DNA of 64,000 nucleotides from Trueperaceae bacterium (GTDB lineage Bacteria; Deinococcota; Deinococci; Deinococcales; Trueperaceae): NCBI GenBank assembly GCA_965214405.1, contig OZ243956.1, positions 4,096,001 to 4,160,000 of the forward strand, read 5' to 3'. Shown piece by piece: positions 58,348 to 64,000 of this stretch (position 1 is its first letter; each line of letters starts with the position of its first letter). The notes under the pieces were generated by a model. It saw only the letters and a program-made list of their open reading frames with translations, ran no database searches and was not told where the DNA came from. The position numbers and the translations under genes were made by a program.

Positions 58348-59073
58348 ATGAACATCCCACAAACGTCACGCACATCACGAGCAACGAGCGAGACTTCTTA
58401 CACCACGTCTTCTCACATCACGCCTGCGCCGCCGACCTCGCTCAGAGCGCTGCACGGGCTCCTCGAGGTCACGACGGCTTTGCACGACCTCACCACGCTG
58501 AGCCGCCAGCTTTGCGAGACGTACTTTTCGCAAGAACACGCACAAAACCATCTCACCCCCGCCCCGCCCGAAGCCTGGCAACCCCTGTGCGACGCGCTTA
58601 ACGAACTCCGCGGGCGCTTGGGGGACAACCTCGTTTGCGCCGAGCAACTTCTGGCCCGACGGCCCTCTCCTGGGGGTGCGCTCCCGATAACCCTGGACTG
58701 GCACCTTCAGGCGAAACGCCGCGGTTTGCTCGAGCTTTTCGACCACTACCGCGTGGACCCCCGCATCGTCCGGGCCATCGACGAGACGCTGACCGAAGAT
58801 GCGGGCGCGGTTTTAGAGCTGCTTGAGCGCGACTGGCAGGGCGACCTGCTCGCCTTTTTGGACGAACTGCTCGGTACGTTTCAAGCCTTGGCCCCGGCGC
58901 TCGAGAAGGCTAAAGACGCCCCCACCCAGTCCCACCTGCTCGTGGTCCTTGCGCCCGCCGACGCCGACTGTGGCGACGACGTGCCCTTCGACATTTTCGC
59001 GGACACCCCGAGCGTGACGGACTTAGAACTCACCCTCGCCGCCATCGCCTCTTACGCGGTGCTAAGCGCGTGA
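58348..59073 (+). CDS. Hypothetical helical protein (241 aa)
   Basis: GGAGG precedes the ATG. S/T-rich N-terminus, then Leu/acidic helices. The stop overlaps the next start (GTGA). Confidence 0.7.
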   Translation: MNIPQTSRTSRATSETSYTTSSHITPAPPTSLRALHGLLEVTTALHDLTTLSRQLCETYFSQEHAQNHLTPAPPEAWQPLCDALNELRGRLGDNLVCAEQLLARRPSPGGALPITLDWHLQAKRRGLLELFDHYRVDPRIVRAIDETLTEDAGAVLELLERDWQGDLLAFLDELLGTFQALAPALEKAKDAPTQSHLLVVLAPADADCGDDVPFDIFADTPSVTDLELTLAAIASYAVLSA

Positions 59074-60059
59074 ACATTGGGGCGCTGAATAACGGGACGC
59101 TGAATACCGGGACGCCCTCGAGCCTTTACGGTTCAAAAGACAGTCCGACGCAAGCCGGATTGTCTCGAGGGGATAGCGAACCCGGCAAGGTTCGCCTCAG
59201 CGCCGCCAAGAGGGCGCAGCGTACCCTCCTGCGCCTCTTGTGCTTGTCGGCCCCGGCGCTGGGCGACGGGTTGGCGTGGCGTCACTTTACCCGTCCCAGA
59301 AGGCTCGCGCGTTACGACCCCCAGAGCTTGCCCAAAGGTGCCCAGGGGTTTCGGCTGCCCTACAAAAAGGCTCACCTTAGCGGTTACGTCTGGGGCGAGG
59401 GTGACAAGACCGTCTATCTGGTTCACGGCTGGGAGAGTCATCTGGGGCACATGGCGGGTTTTGTCGCGCCGCCCCTCGGGGCGGGGTACAGGGTCGTCGC
59501 GTTCGACATGCCGGGGCACGGGAGGTCCGCGGGAGGAGCCACGGATTTGCTCGACTTCGCGGGAGCGCTCGAGCACGTTATAGAGGCCAAAGGCGCGGCT
59601 TACGGCGTCGTCGCCCACTCTTGCGGCGCGACGGCGACCCTGCTCTCGCTGGCGCGGAATTCACGTGTACCCGCACGGGTCGCGCTGGTCGCGCCCATGC
59701 GCTCGTTGGAGGAGCACGTCGCTATCTTTGCCACCGTCGCAGGCTTGTCCGCCCACGCAAAAAACCGCCTGGTGACCCGGCTCGAGGCGCAGCTAGGCTC
59801 GCCCTTATCGGAAACGGACGCCCTCAAAACCGCCGCGCGCTTGCCCTCGGGCGGGCTCATCCTGCACGACCGCGACGACCGGTTCATCCCCCACAGTACG
59901 GGGCAGGCCGTCGCCACCGCGTGGCGAAGCGCCTTACACACGACCACCGGTCTTGGGCATAGGAAAATCTTGAGCGACCCCGAGGTTATTCGTAAGGTCT
60001 CGAGCTACCTGACGAACGAGGCGTCACCCTCGCAGCCGTCGCCGCTTACGCGGTGCTGA
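59070..60059 (+). CDS. Alpha/beta fold hydrolase
   Basis: Motifs LVHGWE, FDMPGHG, nucleophile elbow AHSCG, HDRDD and GLGH. Confidence 0.88.
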   Translation: MNIGALNNGTLNTGTPSSLYGSKDSPTQAGLSRGDSEPGKVRLSAAKRAQRTLLRLLCLSAPALGDGLAWRHFTRPRRLARYDPQSLPKGAQGFRLPYKKAHLSGYVWGEGDKTVYLVHGWESHLGHMAGFVAPPLGAGYRVVAFDMPGHGRSAGGATDLLDFAGALEHVIEAKGAAYGVVAHSCGATATLLSLARNSRVPARVALVAPMRSLEEHVAIFATVAGLSAHAKNRLVTRLEAQLGSPLSETDALKTAARLPSGGLILHDRDDRFIPHSTGQAVATAWRSALHTTTGLGHRKILSDPEVIRKVSSYLTNEASPSQPSPLTRC

Positions 60060-60180
60060 GCGAAAACCGGGACGCTCTCGAGCCCTTTACAACTACGCGA
60101 AGTCTGAAGGTTCAGACGTTAGAGACACAGTATTGAGCGACAGGCAGAAACACAAACTGGAGAAACAGAAAGGAAACACC

Positions 60181-60648
60181 ATGTTTGCAACCCTGAGAAA
60201 AGCCAAGTCCATAACGGTGCTCATCCTTGCCGCGGCGACCCTCCTCTTTTTAGGTGCCTGCTCCGACTCTTTCGAAGCCGACACCGAACGGGCCGAACGC
60301 TTGACGGGCTACTTCAACGAGGCCGACCTCAACAGAGATGGTTTTATCGAAAGGTTCGAAATCGACGCCGCAGCCGACGCCGAGTTCGACGCGCTCGATT
60401 ACAACAACGACGGCGTGGTAACGATTGAAGATATCTACAACGACGAGCAAGCCTACCCCGAGGATTTTGACGAGCTCGAGCGCGTCTTAGACGTGTCCCA
60501 CCACTTGCCCTACGACTTGAACGGCGACGGCGTCATCACTCGAGCGGAGTTCCGCAGCTACCTAGAAACCGAACTGATCGCCAAAATGGACACGGACAAC
60601 GACGGTCGCATAAGTTTTGCCGAGTACCGCGCTTATGAAAACTTTTAG
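60181..60648 (+). CDS. EF-hand calcium-binding lipoprotein
   Basis: Lipobox LGAC and four loops: DLNRDGFIERFE, DYNNDGVVTIED, DLNGDGVITRAE, DTDNDGRISFAE. Confidence 0.88.
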   Translation: MFATLRKAKSITVLILAAATLLFLGACSDSFEADTERAERLTGYFNEADLNRDGFIERFEIDAAADAEFDALDYNNDGVVTIEDIYNDEQAYPEDFDELERVLDVSHHLPYDLNGDGVITRAEFRSYLETELIAKMDTDNDGRISFAEYRAYENF

Positions 60649-61057
60649 GGAGAACAGCACGTTCCTGCCTATAAAAAGGTGGGCGCGGCTCCTGACGCTG
60701 GTCGGCACGCTTACAGTTTTGGCTCAGTTCGGCGCGACAGCCAGCGCGATGTGTATTTACAACTCTACCGACAAAGAAATTTATGTCGAGTTCGATTGTG
60801 GGTGGTTTTGCGAAAACGATTGGACAACCGAACCCCAAAACCACTACTGTCGTGCCGGTAAGAAAGGCACCTTCAAGGCCGGACTTCTCTTGCAAGCGCA
60901 AGCCACGGTCCAGTTCGACGTTGACGCCCACGGTTGGGTGGAAATCGTTCCTGTCGATCAGGTCTACGTTCAGGCCTGCGCTTACGCAAAGAGCGGCGAG
61001 CGTCAAACGTGTAGGACTTGGAATTTTTATGACCCTACGGATGTAAAAAATTACTGA
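60635..61057 (+). CDS. Secreted Cys-rich protein, paralog 1 (start ATG 60635 or ACG 60659)
   Basis: Signal peptide ..ASA|MCIYN, six Cys, HGWVE motif. Confidence 0.82.
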   Translation: MKTFRENSTFLPIKRWARLLTLVGTLTVLAQFGATASAMCIYNSTDKEIYVEFDCGWFCENDWTTEPQNHYCRAGKKGTFKAGLLLQAQATVQFDVDAHGWVEIVPVDQVYVQACAYAKSGERQTCRTWNFYDPTDVKNY

Positions 61058-61201
61058 CCGGACACGGACAAGCAACCAACGCCTGCTTGGTTATCAGTGG
61101 GCCTTTGCTGGGCAAATCGGACCCAAAAGTCCATCCCTGCGGAGAGTGACGTCCCAAACCGCTTCGCCACACGCCGGGACTCGAACTTCAGAAAGGAAGG
61201 T

Positions 61202-61648
61202 ATGTTCGCAAAACAAAAAAGAGTCACCCTGCTTTTGACCGTGGTCGGCGCGTTCGTGCTCTTCGCTTCAACGGCCAGCGCGATGTGCGTTTACAACTAC
61301 ACGGACGAAAAGGTTTCTGTAGAGTTCATCTGCGGTTTCACCTGCCAAAACGACTGGACGCTCGACCCCGCTACCGACCCCGACGGCGGCGTCCAGTGCC
61401 GTCCGGGTAAGGGCGGCGGCCTCAACGCGGGGTACTACGTGAACAGCTCCGGCGTGGGCCAATTCACCGTCATCCTTCCCGTCGAGAAGAACGGCTGGGC
61501 GGAACTGAGAACGCTCGCTTCGGGTGACGTTCAGGTTTGTTCTTACGCTCAAAACCGTTCGCTGAAAGCGTGTCAGAGCTACGACCCCGAGAACTCGGTA
61601 GCACCGCCACGAACCCTCAGTTCACCTGGCAACGCTCGAGGCCACTGA
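61202..61648 (+). CDS. Secreted Cys-rich protein, paralog 2
   Basis: Purine-rich RBS; ..ASA|MCVYN; six Cys; NGWAE motif. Confidence 0.85.
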   Translation: MFAKQKRVTLLLTVVGAFVLFASTASAMCVYNYTDEKVSVEFICGFTCQNDWTLDPATDPDGGVQCRPGKGGGLNAGYYVNSSGVGQFTVILPVEKNGWAELRTLASGDVQVCSYAQNRSLKACQSYDPENSVAPPRTLSSPGNARGH

Positions 61649-61802
61649 CCCGGCTTGGCAACAACGCCGCACGTCACCCGGTCTGCGCCTACCAGCCCAA
61701 CGAAGACCCCCGAGCCCGCTCCTGCGCACCCTTCGGGATTGCCGACATACAGTTCCTCACAGTCTTACGCGAGCAGCCCATTTCAGAAGTTGAAAGGTTA
61801 TC

Positions 61803-62195
61803 ATGACGACTGACAGAACCACACTTATAAAAAAACTCACGCTTCTCCTCATGGTTGCCGGAGCGTTCACACTTTTCGCCTCGAACGCCCGCGCCATGTG
61901 CGCGTACAACGAGACAGACACCGACATTTATGCGGAGTTCGACTGCGGCATATTTTGTGGCAATCGGTGGGAGATGCAACCGGGTAGTCACGACTGCCGT
62001 CCTAACAAGAAAGGTCGCTTTCTCACCGATTTTTTTTCGGGCGGTAGTGGTGACGGTTTTGCAACACCTCGCGTCGACCTTCAGGTCGGTGCTCACGGTT
62101 GGGTAGAAATAACACAAGGCGGCGCTGCTAAAGCTGAAGCTTGTGTCTACAGGCAAGACGGCTCGCTGAGCAGTTGCGCGACCTTTGACCTCTAA
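61803..62195 (+). CDS. Secreted Cys-rich protein, paralog 3
   Basis: GAAAGG RBS; ..ARA|MCAYN; six Cys; HGWVE motif. Confidence 0.85.
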   Translation: MTTDRTTLIKKLTLLLMVAGAFTLFASNARAMCAYNETDTDIYAEFDCGIFCGNRWEMQPGSHDCRPNKKGRFLTDFFSGGSGDGFATPRVDLQVGAHGWVEITQGGAAKAEACVYRQDGSLSSCATFDL

Positions 62196-62199
62196 GGAG

Positions 62200-62637
62200 A
62201 TGACGTTGACATACCTCAAACGGTTGGCGCTGCTCCTGACCCTAGTCGGCGGGTCTATACTCTTCGCCTCGAGCGCTAACGCGATGTGCGTTTACAACTT
62301 TACGCTCGAGGTACCGCTATTTACACAGCTCACGCACAGCGTCACCAGTTACAACCCGAAGCTCGTCCCCTCCAGTAGTCACTACTGTCTCCCCAATGCT
62401 GGCGGCAGCCTCACCATTGAGCCTGCCGACGACGAGAACTCCGATCACGCCGTGTCTATCGACGTCGAGCCTCACGGTTTCGTAGCGGTAAGACGCCTTC
62501 ACAATAACGGCTTGCAAGCCTGCGCTTTTAAGCAAGACGGCTCGGATGGCGGCTGTAAGGTCTTCATTTTCAATCCTTTAGATGTCAAGCCTAAACATTT
62601 ACGCACCCCGCCGATGCCTGGATTCAAACCGGTTTAG
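62200..62637 (+). CDS. Secreted Cys-rich protein, paralog 4 (divergent, four Cys; start 62200 or 62206)
   Basis: ..ANA|MCVYN with HGFV and QAC motifs; lacks the CxxxC pair. Confidence 0.82.
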   Translation: MTLTYLKRLALLLTLVGGSILFASSANAMCVYNFTLEVPLFTQLTHSVTSYNPKLVPSSSHYCLPNAGGSLTIEPADDENSDHAVSIDVEPHGFVAVRRLHNNGLQACAFKQDGSDGGCKVFIFNPLDVKPKHLRTPPMPGFKPV

Positions 62638-62647
62638 AAAGGCCATA

Positions 62648-63043
62648 ATGTCAACTACCCTGAAAAGATTTGTATCCCTTTTTGCTGTAGCTGGGACGTT
62701 TGCGGTACTAGCCCAGCTCACTCTGACCGCCAGCGCCATGTGCGTTTATAATTACACGGATACAGAGATTTATGCGAGGTACGACTGCGGCATCGTCTGC
62801 AGAAACGATTGGGATTTGGAACCCGGAGAAAGTCAGTGCCGCCCTAACAAGAGCGGTACCCTCAGTACCGGATATTACCAGAACGCCTATACCGTAATCT
62901 TACCCGCCGTCAAACTCGCTGTGGAGGCTCACAGTTGGGTGGAAATGAAAACCGTCGGCTTCGGTGACGTTCAGGTTTGCGCCTACCGGCAAGACCGCTC
63001 ACAGAGCAAATGTGTGACCTACGAGCCCCAAACAAACGGGTAG
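62648..63043 (+). CDS. Secreted Cys-rich protein, paralog 5
   Basis: GAAAGG RBS; ..ASA|MCVYN; six Cys; HSWVE motif. Confidence 0.85.
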   Translation: MSTTLKRFVSLFAVAGTFAVLAQLTLTASAMCVYNYTDTEIYARYDCGIVCRNDWDLEPGESQCRPNKSGTLSTGYYQNAYTVILPAVKLAVEAHSWVEMKTVGFGDVQVCAYRQDRSQSKCVTYEPQTNG

Positions 63044-63198
63044 CCGCCGACGTTGGGGCTTTATCGCCCCATCTCCCGAGGTAAACGAACCCTCGAGCAA
63101 GGAGCGTGAAAAACTCCTACGCAACCCCCTTAGTTTTGTTACCCTTATTACAATTACCTTTTGTAGCGCAACCCCTGACCGAATCCTTGGAGGTATTC

Positions 63199-64000
63199 AT
63201 GTCCGCTAAACCAACTCGGACTAGACCGCACTTTAATTCGAGGCAAAACGCCGTTTTCATCCTGTTCGCACTTCTCCTCCTGGGGGCGTGTAACCAGACA
63301 GATAACACTCCAGACGTCACCCCTAGTCTGCCCGACACCACAGGCAGCGCCCTGGTCCTGGGCGAAGCGCAAAGCTCCTTTCTCGACTCCCTCGGTAAAC
63401 GCCTGACGCTGACCCCCTACGACGGTAGCCAGAACCTTGCCGACTACGACGTACTGGTCTTCGACGGCGATCACCACACGCCGGACGAGGTACATGACCA
63501 CGAAATCGTCAAGCAAGCTGTTCGCTCAAACATGTGGGTCGTCGGCCTCGACCTGACAGAAGCGCACAAACGCCAGGGATTAGGGGACTATCTGCAAGCC
63601 GCAAGCAGTGGTAATAGCCCCGCTTACGCCGTACACATAGGTCAGGACACCAATGGTCGCCCCGAGGTTCGTATCCTCGAGCTTCCCGTAGGCGAACAAG
63701 AGGGTCGCCCGGTCAGTGGGGAGCCTGGCGGCAAGGCATTTACCACCGTTAAGGTGCAGAAGGGGGCTCCGGCAGACAGTGAGGCCTCTGCTGCGGCGTT
63801 CGGGGACATGTTGCTCAAGCACCTCGCTACGCCCATTTCGGCAATGCAAACGACAAACATCCCCCCCGAACTTCTCTACGCTACCTATTATTACTCGCAG
63901 AAGGTACCCTGGAAATTGACTGATGCTGGGCGTAAAAAAGGAACTCAAACCCCTTGGTATCAGGTGGACTATACCTTCACAATTTTCCTCGACAATGGCA
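63199..64000 (+). CDS. Large lipoprotein, N-terminal 267 aa only (runs off the window; absent from the supplied ORF track)
   Basis: GGAGG precedes the ATG at 63199. My manual translation is open to base 64000: MSAKPTRTRPHFNSRQNAVFILFALLLLGAC|NQTD...TQTPWYQVDYTFTIFLDNG. Confidence 0.85.
   Translation, partial: MSAKPTRTRPHFNSRQNAVFILFALLLLGACNQTDNTPDVTPSLPDTTGSALVLGEAQSSFLDSLGKRLTLTPYDGSQNLADYDVLVFDGDHHTPDEVHDHEIVKQAVRSNMWVVGLDLTEAHKRQGLGDYLQAASSGNSPAYAVHIGQDTNGRPEVRILELPVGEQEGRPVSGEPGGKAFTTVKVQKGAPADSEASAAAFGDMLLKHLATPISAMQTTNIPPELLYATYYYSQKVPWKLTDAGRKKGTQTPWYQVDYTFTIFLDNG

Noticed and set aside
60635..63043. Cys-rich ORFs as RiPP precursors or diversity-generating retroelement targets
   Set aside because: They have Sec signals and mature domains of about 100 aa. 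No modifying enzymes, reverse transcriptase or adenine-specific template/variable repeat pair is visible in the window.
63117..63948. Short ORFs listed at the window end, mostly on the minus strand
   Set aside because: They are better explained as shadows of the plus-strand lipoprotein ORF starting at 63199.

Overview
GC-rich bacterial chromosomal segment, most consistent with Deinococcota (Trueperaceae-like). This is inferred from leaderless TANNNT-N6/7-start promoters, a paired TolC-like RND operon and strong CTCGAG enrichment. 1-24 kb is a carbohydrate and sugar-acid catabolism region: tartrate-type dehydrogenase, rhamnose-type ABC transporter, rhaI and rhaD, two mandelate-racemase-family enzymes, and a LacI-controlled ABC plus ADP-ribosylglycohydrolase-family operon. 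It holds two complete IS elements with visible TIRs and target duplications. 24-47 kb has glycosyltransferases, an internalin-like LRR lipoprotein, an RND efflux operon, a riboswitch-controlled cobalamin uptake/salvage operon with an internally deleted cobO, hup and zapE. 47-64 kb has two SARP/BTAD-type regulators; three nearby promoters share one geometry (two 7-mers at 11-bp period, 9 nt before a -10 box). The best candidate for an undescribed system is 54.6-64 kb. There a STAND-SARP regulator is divergent from a small gene, a helical protein, an alpha/beta hydrolase, an EF-hand lipoprotein, five tandem paralogous secreted Cys-rich proteins and a large lipoprotein that runs off the window. 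No rRNA, tRNA or CRISPR array was recognised. All family assignments come from motif recognition by eye, not from database searches.
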